This document shows, piece after piece, positions 19,569 to 29,238 of a stretch of DNA of 64,000 nucleotides (the first letter of the stretch is position 1; each line of letters starts with the position of its first letter). The notes under the pieces are model-generated. The model searched no databases and was not told where the DNA came from. It saw only the letters and a list, made by a program, of their open reading frames with translations. The translations under genes were made by a program, and so were the position numbers. Source of the DNA: a virus; IMG/VR virus record IMGVR_UViG_3300021197_000245, positions 4,002 through 68,001 of that record; one strand, 5' to 3'.

Positions 19569-21698
19569 ATGGCATACATAGGAGTATCTCCTTCCAACGG
19601 AGTTAGGCAAAAGCATACATACACTGCCACTGCATCCCAAACATCATTTAGTGGTGCAGGTGCAGAAGGCATTTCATTAAGCTACCTTGACAGTAACTAC
19701 GTTGACGTATATCAAAATGGTGTAAAGCTAAGTGAAGCTGACTACACATCTACTACAGGCACGACTGTTGTACTTGCTACAGGTGCTACTGTAAGTGACA
19801 TGATTGAGATTATAGTCTATGATGTATTCTCTGTGGCAGACACTGTAAGTAAAGCAGATGGTGGTACGTTTGATGCAAGTGTAACATTTGCAGGTGACAT
19901 CATAAAGAGTACAGCAGGTACAAGCAACTTTGCAGCAGGTGTCAATGCAGGTAACTCTCTTGCAAGTGGTGGTAATTATAATGTGGTAGTTGGAGATGAA
20001 GCAGGTACAGCACTTACTACTGGTGATAGCAATGTGGCGATTGGATTTGAAGCATTAGCGACAGAAGATGCTAATGGATTAAACGTAGCAGTTGGATATC
20101 GTGCTTTAAAAACATTAAATGCTAGTGGAGCAGCATATAATACAGCAGTTGGTTACGATGCAGGTACAGCAATTACAACATCTCAATATAATACTATTGT
20201 TGGTGGATTAGCGGCAGATGCTCTGACTACAGGAAATGAAAATACTGCAATCGGCGTAGGTGCGTTAGGAACAGAAACAGCAGGAGATAGAAATGTCGCT
20301 GTTGGTAATGGTGCTTTAACTACACAGAATACTACTGGTGGTGGAGATATTTATAATGTAGCAGTTGGATATAATGCAGGGACAGCAGTAACAACAGGAT
20401 CTTTAAATACATTTGTGGGAGCATTATCTGGTGATGCTCTTACTACAGGAACTACAAATTGTGCATTAGGCTACCTAACTTTAAGTGCAGATACAAAAGG
20501 TGGAAGAAGCACTGCAATGGGTTATTCAGCTTTAGCAAACCAAAACTTTACCTCTGCAACAGATACTTATAATACAGCTTATGGATTTTTTGCAGGTTTA
20601 AATTTAACAACAGGTAATCAGAATACTTTAATTGGAGGTCTAGCAGGTGATGCATTAACTGATGCAGATAATAATGTTGCAATCGGATTACTTGCTCTTT
20701 CAGCAGATACTAAAGGTAGCAAGTCGATTGCAATAGGTAATAGTGCATTACAAACGCAAAATTTTACCTCTAGTACAGATACTTATAATGTAGCGATTGG
20801 ACACAACGCAGGACTATCAGTAACAACGGGTGTTCAATCTGTATATATTGGTGGTTTAGCAGGAGATGCAGATACTACTGGTGGTAAAAATGTTTATATT
20901 GGCTATACGGCAGGAGGTCTAAATGCAGGTGACCAAAATGTATTTGTTGGAAGAAACGCAGGTGGTGCAATAACTGATGGTGATAAGAACACTATTATAG
21001 GAACATATGATGGTAATGAGGGCGGCTTAGACATAAGAACAGCAGACAATTACATTGTGTTATCAGATGGTGATGGTAATCCGAGATTGATAATTGATGA
21101 AGATGGTGATTGTGCTATTGGCACAACAACAGATGGGGTAAAACTTAAAGTAAAACAAACTACTGGTGGTCAAGTTATTAATACTTTTGAGCATGATGCA
21201 GGTTCAAATCCTTTTGGTTCATTTATGCTTTTTTCTAGTGCTTCTCCAGATAATAATACAAGTTACTTTTTAAAATGTTCTGACGCATCAGCAGCTAGAA
21301 TATTTATTTATTCTGATGGTGACATTCAAAATCACGATAATAGTTATGGTGCTATATCTGATGAAAAACTTAAAGAGCAGATAACAGATGCTTCATCTCA
21401 ATGGGATGATATTAAAGCACTAACAGTCCGTAAATTTAAAATGAAATCTGATGTTGCTACTGGTGATTCCGATGCACATTGGAGATTAGGTGTTGTTGCA
21501 CAAGAATTAGAAACAGCAGGAATGAATGGTCTTGTTAAAAATAATCCAGACCTTGATAAAGATAATGAGGATTTAGGCACAACAACCAAATCAGTAAAAT
21601 ACTCAATACTCTACATGAAAGCAGTCAAAGCATTACAAGAAGCAATGACAAGGATTGAGACATTAGAAGCTAAAGTAACAGCATTAGAAGGAGAATAA
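19569..21698 (+). CDS. Tail fibre/spike with C-terminal S74 intramolecular chaperone
   Basis: N.A.G..AL..TTG beta-roll repeats; SDEKLKEQI..GVVAQELE..coiled coil. Confidence 0.85.
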   Translation: MAYIGVSPSNGVRQKHTYTATASQTSFSGAGAEGISLSYLDSNYVDVYQNGVKLSEADYTSTTGTTVVLATGATVSDMIEIIVYDVFSVADTVSKADGGTFDASVTFAGDIIKSTAGTSNFAAGVNAGNSLASGGNYNVVVGDEAGTALTTGDSNVAIGFEALATEDANGLNVAVGYRALKTLNASGAAYNTAVGYDAGTAITTSQYNTIVGGLAADALTTGNENTAIGVGALGTETAGDRNVAVGNGALTTQNTTGGGDIYNVAVGYNAGTAVTTGSLNTFVGALSGDALTTGTTNCALGYLTLSADTKGGRSTAMGYSALANQNFTSATDTYNTAYGFFAGLNLTTGNQNTLIGGLAGDALTDADNNVAIGLLALSADTKGSKSIAIGNSALQTQNFTSSTDTYNVAIGHNAGLSVTTGVQSVYIGGLAGDADTTGGKNVYIGYTAGGLNAGDQNVFVGRNAGGAITDGDKNTIIGTYDGNEGGLDIRTADNYIVLSDGDGNPRLIIDEDGDCAIGTTTDGVKLKVKQTTGGQVINTFEHDAGSNPFGSFMLFSSASPDNNTSYFLKCSDASAARIFIYSDGDIQNHDNSYGAISDEKLKEQITDASSQWDDIKALTVRKFKMKSDVATGDSDAHWRLGVVAQELETAGMNGLVKNNPDLDKDNEDLGTTTKSVKYSILYMKAVKALQEAMTRIETLEAKVTALEGE

Positions 21699-21699
21699 A

Positions 21700-21972
21700 A
21701 TGAGCAGAACAGCAGAAGAAATAGCACAAGCACATTCAGCTTGTTTAGATGGGGCAGATACAATCAATGTTGTAATTGCTACTCATGCAAAAGGCAGTGA
21801 TGCAACAGATGCAGACTTTGGACATGACATGACACATGACGAGAAGAAGGCAAGGGTTGAACGTAGTGTTGAGTATCTCAAGTATCAGAAAGATAACTTT
21901 GATGATTGGGGTTCAGAGAGTTTTACAGTTATTGATAAAGCAATAGCAGATGCAGACGCATTTACAGGTTAA
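21700..21972 (+). CDS. Hypothetical protein
   Basis: AAGGAG RBS, packed between fibre genes. Confidence 0.65.
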   Translation: MSRTAEEIAQAHSACLDGADTINVVIATHAKGSDATDADFGHDMTHDEKKARVERSVEYLKYQKDNFDDWGSESFTVIDKAIADADAFTG

Positions 21973-21981
21973 GGAGAAGAT

Positions 21982-23571
21982 ATGACTAGAGCATCAGATA
22001 CAGCAAAACTATTAGGAGCAGGTGCTACCATATTAGATGGTACAACTATAAGTACTGCTGATAATACAGAACAGTTAACTTTAACATCAACTGATGCAGA
22101 TGCCAATGCAGGTCCTGAAATTTTATTAGATAGAAACTCAAGCAGTCCTGCTGATTCAGATAGAGTTGGTAAATTTACATTTAAGGGAAGAAATGATGCC
22201 AATCAAACTGTAGAATATGGAAACATTCAATCAAGAATTACAGATGCAAGTGATGGCACAGAAGATGGCAGAATAATAATTCAAAATATTATTGCAGGTG
22301 ATGTTGCAGGAGTGATGGAATCTGATGGCACTGAAACTATATTCAATAATAACAGTAAAGACCTAGACTTTCGTGTTGAATCAAATGGCGATGCTAATAT
22401 GCTGTTCGTTGATGGTGGAACTGATACTGTTATTGTAGGACATAATGTTTCAAGAACAACTATGTTTAACTCAACAGTAGGTGGTTCTTTACAAGTAGAA
22501 GGAACAACTGCTGAAGGTGCTACTGTTTCAATAGCTCGTAATAGCAATGATGATAATGGACCTAACTTAGTTTTTGCTAAATCAAATTCTACATCCAACG
22601 CAGGTGTCACAGTTGTTACAGATGATGCTCTGTTAGGAAGAATCAGTTGGCAAGGTGCTGATGGTAGTCAAACTGTTGAAGCCGCAAGAATTGAAGGTTT
22701 TGTAGATAGCACTCCGGGTGCTAACGATATGCCCGGAAGATTAACATTTAGTACAACTGCTGATGGTGCGGCTACAGTAACGGAGAGAGCAAGACTAACA
22801 TCAGATGGTGTATTTATGGTTGGTCAAACCTCTTTTGCATATGGTGACGTTGGTTGTTCAATGACCTCAAGTGGTCAAGTAGGTGGTACTGCTGATGGTG
22901 ATGTTGCAGGTATTTTTAATAGAAAAACATCAGATGGTCAAATAATAAATTTACGACAGGACAATACTACAATAGGTGGTATATATAGCTCTCCAAGTAT
23001 TGCAGGACCTTTTATAGGTCATATAAATGTTGGTCTTGCTATGTATCATGCAGGTAACTCTGTTTTACCATCTGGAACTGGTGGATTAAGAGATAATGCC
23101 ATTGACTTAGGAAATAGCTCAAACAGATTTGATGACATATTTGCAACTAACTCCACAATTAATACTTCAGATAGAAATGAAAAGCAAGACATAGAAGAGC
23201 TAAGTGAAGCAGAACAAAGAGTAGCTGTCGTTGCTAAAGGTCTAATGAGAAAGTTTCGATGGAAGTCAGCAGTCGCAGAAAAAGGCGATGATGCAAGAAC
23301 ACACTTTGGTATTATAGCACAAGACCTACAAGATGCTTTTACAGCAGAAGGATTGGATGCAAGTGATTATGCAATGTTTACATCTAATACTTGGTGGGAA
23401 AAAGAAATATCTGTAGATGCAGTAGAAGCTGATGAAGAAAATGGCATAGAAGCACAAGAAGCATATACTTATACAAAAATAGCAGAAGAAGAGACTGAAG
23501 GCTACACAGAAAAAACTAGATTAGGTGTAAGGTACAGTGAATTACTAGCCTTTATCATATCGGCTATATAG
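21982..23571 (+). CDS. Tail fibre with C-terminal S74 chaperone
   Basis: TSDRNEKQDI..HFGIIAQDL..GVRYSELLAFII; N-terminal module paralogous to 17937-19256. Confidence 0.85.
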   Translation: MTRASDTAKLLGAGATILDGTTISTADNTEQLTLTSTDADANAGPEILLDRNSSSPADSDRVGKFTFKGRNDANQTVEYGNIQSRITDASDGTEDGRIIIQNIIAGDVAGVMESDGTETIFNNNSKDLDFRVESNGDANMLFVDGGTDTVIVGHNVSRTTMFNSTVGGSLQVEGTTAEGATVSIARNSNDDNGPNLVFAKSNSTSNAGVTVVTDDALLGRISWQGADGSQTVEAARIEGFVDSTPGANDMPGRLTFSTTADGAATVTERARLTSDGVFMVGQTSFAYGDVGCSMTSSGQVGGTADGDVAGIFNRKTSDGQIINLRQDNTTIGGIYSSPSIAGPFIGHINVGLAMYHAGNSVLPSGTGGLRDNAIDLGNSSNRFDDIFATNSTINTSDRNEKQDIEELSEAEQRVAVVAKGLMRKFRWKSAVAEKGDDARTHFGIIAQDLQDAFTAEGLDASDYAMFTSNTWWEKEISVDAVEADEENGIEAQEAYTYTKIAEEETEGYTEKTRLGVRYSELLAFIISAI

Positions 23572-23579
23572 GAGTAACT

Positions 23580-23663
23580 ATGGAAATGGATGCAATGTTA
23601 TTCTGGAACATAATCCTGACTATGGTCGTTGTACCATTCGGTTGGGCATTGTATTATAGATAG
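23580..23663 (+). pseudogene. 27-codon ORF, possibly a truncated membrane-protein gene
   Basis: Good RBS (AGGAG), MEMDAMLFWNIILTMVVVPFGWALYYR then an immediate stop after one TM helix. Confidence 0.35.
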
Positions 23664-23671
23664 GAGAAAAA

Positions 23672-23887
23672 ATGACTGAACAAAAATCAAATATTATAAG
23701 TATAAACGACAAGAAGTATGACGCTAGTGATCTTACTAAAGAGCAGGGATACTGCATAGAGCAGATACAAGAGTGTCAGTCTGAAGCACATAGATTAAAA
23801 AAACAATTAGATAGAGTAACAATCTCTCAGAATGTCTACACAAATAACTTAATAGGACTTCTTAAAGATAAAGAGGTAAAAGAATGA
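23672..23887 (+). CDS. Small coiled-coil protein (fibre chaperone-like)
   Basis: I.INDK.Y...DLT.EQ motif; AGGAG RBS. Confidence 0.65.
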   Translation: MTEQKSNIISINDKKYDASDLTKEQGYCIEQIQECQSEAHRLKKQLDRVTISQNVYTNNLIGLLKDKEVKE

Positions 23888-24042
23888 AGGTATCCGATGT
23901 TAAGGCGCAGATAGACACACATGAAGCTGTCTGTGCAGAGCGTTGGAAAGAAACTATATTAAGAATTAAACGTATCGAGCATATTATGATAGGTACTGCA
24001 GGAACAACAATCGTCCTCTTAGTGGGGGTATTATTAAGGTAA
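23884..24042 (+). CDS. 52-aa protein with C-terminal TM helix
   Basis: MKVSDVKAQIDTHEAVCAERW...IVLLVGVLLR translated by hand; GAGG RBS. Confidence 0.65.
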   Translation: MKVSDVKAQIDTHEAVCAERWKETILRIKRIEHIMIGTAGTTIVLLVGVLLR

Positions 24043-24048
24043 TGAGTA

Positions 24049-24810
24049 ATGGATCCTGTAACCATATCGATAGCAGTAGGTGTCGCTAGCAAAGCTTTTT
24101 CTGCAATTAAGCAAGGATTTGCCGTAGGTCGTGATATTGAACAAATGTCTGGCGATATCGGTAGATGGATGGGAGCTGTATCTGATGTCGATAATGCAGA
24201 AAAACAAGCTAAAAATCCTCCCTTGTTTGGTAAATTGTTTAAGGCTGGTTCTATCGAAGAGGCAGCAATGGCTGCGTACGCGGCAAAAAAGAAACTTGAG
24301 GAACAAAGGTACGAACTCAAGGTGTTTCTAAATATGACTCATGGACCTGGAGCCTACGATGAGTTACTGCAAATGGAAGGTCAGATAAGGAAACAACGTC
24401 AAGAAACAGTCTACAAACAACAACAAATGAGAAGACAGCTTGGTGAAGCAATTACTTGGCTAATCGTTGTGGCAATCATAGGTAGTTTTGTTGCGTTAGT
24501 TGCGTCTATATGGATTAAGGAAACAAGAGCTGACGCATATAAATACACCCCAAAAGATTACACACGACAGCAAAAGATACATCAAGGTAAAATTATATTA
24601 CCAATAATGACTACTTGCAGACTTATGAAACAAAAAGTATTTAAAGACAAAATGGCCTGTATTTATATAGGTGCACAAAAAACCTATGAGATGGAGTTCA
24701 CAGATATATCAATCGGATGTCCCAGAAAATATAAATGTAAGCTTAACCCTAATGGGAAAGAGCCTTCGATAGATAAAGTTATGGAAAGTTTAAGGAGCAT
24801 AGCAAAGTAA
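24049..24810 (+). CDS. Membrane-anchored hypothetical protein
   Basis: Helical N-terminus, central TM, Cys-rich C-terminal domain. Confidence 0.7.
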   Translation: MDPVTISIAVGVASKAFSAIKQGFAVGRDIEQMSGDIGRWMGAVSDVDNAEKQAKNPPLFGKLFKAGSIEEAAMAAYAAKKKLEEQRYELKVFLNMTHGPGAYDELLQMEGQIRKQRQETVYKQQQMRRQLGEAITWLIVVAIIGSFVALVASIWIKETRADAYKYTPKDYTRQQKIHQGKIILPIMTTCRLMKQKVFKDKMACIYIGAQKTYEMEFTDISIGCPRKYKCKLNPNGKEPSIDKVMESLRSIAK

Positions 24811-25125
24811 ATGGCAGCAAAAAAATTACAAGTAGAAAGCAAATATAACGAATATGATTTGGATGGTGACGGCGTTGTTTCTGATGAAGAGATAGAAAAC
24901 GCTAAAGCTATAAAAGAAACTGAGACGCAGTTAAGAAAACAACTAGCACAACTACGTATGGCTAGATACACGTTAATAGCTATGGGTGCGTTTACTTTAG
25001 CTATGTTTATTGTTGACGTGGAACGTGTCAAGGCGTTAGCTGATATAAGTAATTTGTTTTATCTGTCAGGTGCTGGTATAGTAGGTGCATATATGGGTAC
25101 GACTGCTTGGATGAATAAAAAATGA
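24811..25125 (+). CDS. Membrane protein with EF-hand-like motif
   Basis: YDLDGDGVVSDEE then two TM helices. Confidence 0.7.
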   Translation: MAAKKLQVESKYNEYDLDGDGVVSDEEIENAKAIKETETQLRKQLAQLRMARYTLIAMGAFTLAMFIVDVERVKALADISNLFYLSGAGIVGAYMGTTAWMNKK

Positions 25126-25126
25126 T

Positions 25127-25345
25127 ATGTTTAAAGCACTAGTAACAATGTGTGTAATTGGGGCACCTAATAATTGCATGACGCTAGAGGATCAATATGG
25201 ACCATATGAAACAGAATTTGATTGTAAACAAAGAGCACTGGCTATTAGCAGGCAGATTAACAAAGCTTATCCTTTATGGAAACCCTTTAAATATCAATGC
25301 AAAAAACTACCAGCAGGGAGATTAAAATGGAAAACATGGTATTAG
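25127..25345 (+). CDS. Small Cys-containing hypothetical protein
   Basis: Hydrophobic N-terminus, 4 Cys. Confidence 0.6.
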   Translation: MFKALVTMCVIGAPNNCMTLEDQYGPYETEFDCKQRALAISRQINKAYPLWKPFKYQCKKLPAGRLKWKTWY

Positions 25346-25473
25346 AAGCTTGGAATGATCTTTCTTATATAGAAGGAGCTTTATTTACAGTTTGGTTATT
25401 TATTCTTTATTACGGTAAAGTGTGGATAGACAGTAAATTTAAACGAAAGGAATGTACATGCTTACGGCGTTAA
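25327..25473 (+). CDS. 48-aa membrane peptide
   Basis: GGAG RBS; MENMVLEAWNDLSYIEGALFTVWLFILYYG.. translated by hand. Confidence 0.5.
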   Translation: MENMVLEAWNDLSYIEGALFTVWLFILYYGKVWIDSKFKRKECTCLRR

Positions 25474-25853
25474 TAGGACCCGTTTCTAATCTTCTTGGTA
25501 AGTTTATAGAAGATAAAGACATGAAAAATAAGTTGGCACATGAAGTGGCAACTATGGCAGAGAATCATGCACAGGAACTGGCAAAAGGTCAGATAGAGAT
25601 AAACAAAGCAGAAGCAACACATAAATCAATATTTGTAGCGGGCTGGCGCCCCTTTATTGGTTGGACATGCGGCATTGCCCTATGTTGGCATTTCGTACTG
25701 GCGCCTGTCACTATGTTTGTGTGCGCTTATTTAAACGTGGTTATACCTGAATTACCTACATTTGACATGGGTTCACTTATGACTGTTTTGATGGGAATGC
25801 TCGGATTGGGCGGACTTCGCAGTTTCGAGAAGTATAAAGGATTAACAAAATGA
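25458..25853 (+). CDS. Putative holin (3TM GTA-holin-like), copy 2
   Basis: Near-identical protein to 7787-8182; close upstream of the endolysin. Confidence 0.8.
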   Translation: MLTALIGPVSNLLGKFIEDKDMKNKLAHEVATMAENHAQELAKGQIEINKAEATHKSIFVAGWRPFIGWTCGIALCWHFVLAPVTMFVCAYLNVVIPELPTFDMGSLMTVLMGMLGLGGLRSFEKYKGLTK

Positions 25854-25951
25854 TGTGGTTTTGGTTGAGTTTGTCTAAATTTTTCAATAAGATAGGTAAT
25901 TATTTTTACTACAGACATGTAGCGTGTTTAAGAAAAAGGCAGGGCAGATAA
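25850..25951 (+). CDS. 33-aa basic peptide, copy 2
   Basis: MMWFWLSLSKFFNKIGNYFYYRHVACLRKRQGR; overlaps holin stop and endolysin start. Confidence 0.6.
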   Translation: MMWFWLSLSKFFNKIGNYFYYRHVACLRKRQGR

Positions 25952-26409
25952 TGGATTTAGATAAATTACAAAAAGAATTAGCAGAAGATGAAGGTTGCAA
26001 GTATGAAATTTACAATGATCATTTGGGGTATGCGACTTTTGGGATTGGGCATTTGGTTACTGATTCTGATTTAGAACATGGGCAAGAAGTTGGAACAGAA
26101 GTATCTAAAGAAAGAGTCGATGAGTGCTTTGAAGCTGATATTGCAATGACTATAGAAGACTGCAATATATTATACAGTAATTTCAAAGACATACCTGAAG
26201 AAGCTCAATTAGTACTTGCAAATATGATGTTTAATCTTGGTCGTCCTCGTCTGTCCAAATTTGTTAACTTAAAATTAGCTGTAGATTCTGAAGACTGGAT
26301 GGAGGCATCCGTGCAAATGATGGACTCGAAATGGGCAAAACAAGTGCCTAGTCGTGCAGAAAGACTTTGTAGTAGAATGGAGAAGTTATCTTGGCTATTC
26401 AAGCAGTAA
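25951..26409 (+). CDS. Endolysin, T4-type lysozyme (GH24)
   Basis: DEG...IYNDHLGYATFGIGHL catalytic E/D/T pattern; M.FNLG and SKW.KQV..RA motifs. Confidence 0.9.
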   Translation: MDLDKLQKELAEDEGCKYEIYNDHLGYATFGIGHLVTDSDLEHGQEVGTEVSKERVDECFEADIAMTIEDCNILYSNFKDIPEEAQLVLANMMFNLGRPRLSKFVNLKLAVDSEDWMEASVQMMDSKWAKQVPSRAERLCSRMEKLSWLFKQ

Positions 26410-28235
26410 AACTAAAACCTGGAATTAATCGTGAAGGTACTAGATATACTACAGAAGGTGGGTATTACGACGGGGATAAGATACGATTTAGACAAGGTAC
26501 GCCAGAAAAAATAGGTGGTTGGGAGCTTATATCTGATACAACTTTTTTGGGTGTAGGTCGTTCTTTACATAACTGGGTTAGTTTATCAGGTCAAAACTTT
26601 GTAGGACTAGGCACTAACTTAAAATATTATATAGAATTAGGTGGTAATTATAACGATGTCACACCTTTACGTGCTACTGTGTCATTAACCAACCCTTTCA
26701 CTACTACATCTGGGTCTACTACTGTACTAGTCACAGACGCAAATGCTGGTTTTGATGACAATGATTTCGTAACATTTAGTAATGCCTCTGCTGTAGGTGG
26801 TGTAACTATAAGTGGTGAGTTTCAAATAGATATTGTATCTACTAATTCTTACAATATAACTGTATCTTCTGCTGCAAGCTCTTCTGCAACGGGTGGTGGT
26901 ACTGTATCCGCTGCTTATCAGGTAAACACGGGCTCTGCGTTTGCTATACCTTTAACAGGTTGGGGTGCAGGTGCTTGGGGCGCAGGTCAATGGGGTATAG
27001 GAGAAGCATCCGTGAACGAGGTGCGTATATGGAGTCATTCTAACTTTGGTGAAGATTTAGTATTTGGACCTAATAGTGGTAGTATATATTACTGGGATGC
27101 TACAAACGGCGTTAGTACAAGAGCTGTTGAATTATCTACTTTATCTGGAGCATCAAATGTACCAATACTACAAAATATAATCTTAGTATCAGATATAAGC
27201 CGTTTTGTATTTTGTTTAGGTACAAATCCTATAGGCGCTAATACTATAGATCCTACTTTGGTAAGATGGTCTGACCAAGAGGATGCAGCAAATTGGACTC
27301 CATCTGCTACTAATCAGGCAGGTAGTTTAAGATTATCTCGTGGTACTAAAATCGTGGCTGCATCTCAAGCTCGTCAAGAAGTGCTTATATGGACAGACTC
27401 TTCCTTATACTCACTGCAGTATGTTGGTGCACCTGCTGTTTGGGCGGCGACACTAGTCGGTGAAAACATATCTATATCCTCTCAACTTTCTGTATCCTAT
27501 GCAAATGGTGTTGCGTACTGGATGGGTAAAGATAAATTTTACATGTATGATGGTCGTACACAACCATTAAAGTGTGACGTGCGAAAGTATATATTTAATG
27601 ATTTTAACACAAAACAATATGCACAAGTATTTTCAGGCACCAACGAGTCTTTTCACGAGATATGGTGGTTTTACTGTACAGAAGATTCTAACAATATAGA
27701 CAGATACGTTATATATAACTATTTAGAAAAGATATGGTACTATGGCACTATAGCACGTACAGCATGGCTTGACTCTGGACTGCGTGACAAGCCGTTAGCA
27801 GCCACATACAGTAATAATCTTGTAAATCACGAAACTGGTATCGATGATAATGTGAGTGGTACAGCAGCAGCTATAACAGCATACGTCGAGTCTTCAGACT
27901 TTGACATAGGTGACGGTGATAGATTCTCATTAGTAAATCGTGTAGTGCCTGACGCATCGTTTGATGGCTCTACGGCAGATAGTCCCGTTGCAACTATGAC
28001 TTTACATGCACTAGGTGGCTCTGGGTCTGGTCGTAACTCACCTGCTTCAGAAGGTGGATCTAGTAATGCTACTATAACACGCACAGCAACTTCTCCTGTT
28101 GAAGTATTTACTGATTTAATAAACATAAGAGTGCGAGGACGACAGCTTGCCATGCGTTTTGAATCATCTGCGGTAGGCGTTACATGGCAGTTAGGCACAC
28201 CCAGACTTGATATCCGACCAGATGGGAGGCGTTAA
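26391..28235 (+). CDS. Tail nozzle/DNA stabilisation protein (P22 gp10-like position)
   Basis: KPGINRE.T.Y..EG.Y..DKIRFRQG.PEKIGGW N-terminus, beta-propeller-like body, DGRR C-terminus. Confidence 0.7.
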   Translation: MAIQAVKLKPGINREGTRYTTEGGYYDGDKIRFRQGTPEKIGGWELISDTTFLGVGRSLHNWVSLSGQNFVGLGTNLKYYIELGGNYNDVTPLRATVSLTNPFTTTSGSTTVLVTDANAGFDDNDFVTFSNASAVGGVTISGEFQIDIVSTNSYNITVSSAASSSATGGGTVSAAYQVNTGSAFAIPLTGWGAGAWGAGQWGIGEASVNEVRIWSHSNFGEDLVFGPNSGSIYYWDATNGVSTRAVELSTLSGASNVPILQNIILVSDISRFVFCLGTNPIGANTIDPTLVRWSDQEDAANWTPSATNQAGSLRLSRGTKIVAASQARQEVLIWTDSSLYSLQYVGAPAVWAATLVGENISISSQLSVSYANGVAYWMGKDKFYMYDGRTQPLKCDVRKYIFNDFNTKQYAQVFSGTNESFHEIWWFYCTEDSNNIDRYVIYNYLEKIWYYGTIARTAWLDSGLRDKPLAATYSNNLVNHETGIDDNVSGTAAAITAYVESSDFDIGDGDRFSLVNRVVPDASFDGSTADSPVATMTLHALGGSGSGRNSPASEGGSSNATITRTATSPVEVFTDLINIRVRGRQLAMRFESSAVGVTWQLGTPRLDIRPDGRR

Positions 28236-28429
28236 TGGCTGTAGATAACACAAGATATGGTGTAGGTTTCCGTGCTCCAGCACTACCGTTTCCTACCTCC
28301 GAATACGATCAACAAAATGCAGAACAACTTAATAATGTGCTACGTTTGTATTTTACTCAAGTAGATACAGCATTGAGAAACGCTGTTATATCAGACAGAG
28401 CCGAAGCAACAGGGTGGTTTTTAAGCTAA
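28235..28429 (+). CDS. Small virion protein
   Basis: LP....EYD....QL...LRLYF motif. Confidence 0.65.
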   Translation: MAVDNTRYGVGFRAPALPFPTSEYDQQNAEQLNNVLRLYFTQVDTALRNAVISDRAEATGWFLS

Positions 28430-28758
28430 TGCCTAACAAATATGTAAACGCAAAAAAAGATTTATCCAGCACTAGTGTAACAACACTATACACAGCACCT
28501 GCTTTGACCACTGGAATAGTTAAATCTATACTTGTATCCGAAGATTCTGGTAATGCAGATACAATAACTATCACTATAACAGATGCAGAGTCATCTCCTG
28601 CTACATTCAGCCTGTTTAAAACAAAATCTATAAGTGCAAATGGCACTACAGAGCTACTTACTGCACCTCTGGTTGTAGAGACTGGAGAAATACTTAAAGT
28701 AACGGCTGCTACAGCTAATAGACTGCATGTAGTGGCTAGCATATTAGAGGTGTCATAA
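28429..28758 (+). CDS. Small tail structural protein
   Basis: Similar pattern to 17570-17935 (LYT.P..T..VKSI..SILEVS). Confidence 0.7.
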   Translation: MPNKYVNAKKDLSSTSVTTLYTAPALTTGIVKSILVSEDSGNADTITITITDAESSPATFSLFKTKSISANGTTELLTAPLVVETGEILKVTAATANRLHVVASILEVS

Positions 28759-29237
28759 TGCAAACTGTAGACAGTAATGAGAAATTATTAGACATGTCTA
28801 GCATAATGACTATGGCATCGGATCAGCTGGGGTTTATGTATAATGGTAGCTCGTTAAATATAGAAACAATATTGGCTACTTTAGCAAAAGAAACAAGTAT
28901 GCCTGATACCGACGTTGTACAGATAGGAAATACTGTGTTTATTGGTCATACTGGCAAAGGGGACAAGAAATCTAAAATGCACGGGAGACCCCTTAATGTA
29001 GACACGAGTAGAAACTTTATACGCAATATGTTAAAATATGGAGGTTACTTACAAGATAAAGATATAACGCATTATTCTACTTATTTTAAAGGTGAAACGT
29101 TAGTCCCTGCTATAAAAATTATACAAAAACGTTTAATGAGTGTAGATACCAACATGTATTTAGGTCAGCCTGAAGATGACGATGGATATCTTGTTTATGT
29201 AAAATTTGGTGACGACCCTTTAAACGAGATGTTTTAA
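28758..29237 (+). CDS. Hypothetical protein
   Basis: Packed ORF, stop/start overlap. Confidence 0.65.
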   Translation: MQTVDSNEKLLDMSSIMTMASDQLGFMYNGSSLNIETILATLAKETSMPDTDVVQIGNTVFIGHTGKGDKKSKMHGRPLNVDTSRNFIRNMLKYGGYLQDKDITHYSTYFKGETLVPAIKIIQKRLMSVDTNMYLGQPEDDDGYLVYVKFGDDPLNEMF

Positions 29238-29238
29238 T

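Noticed and set aside
16428-23571. Diversity-generating retroelement or invertible fibre cassette
   Set aside because: No reverse transcriptase or invertase, and the shared fibre modules are diverged at all base types rather than adenine-specific
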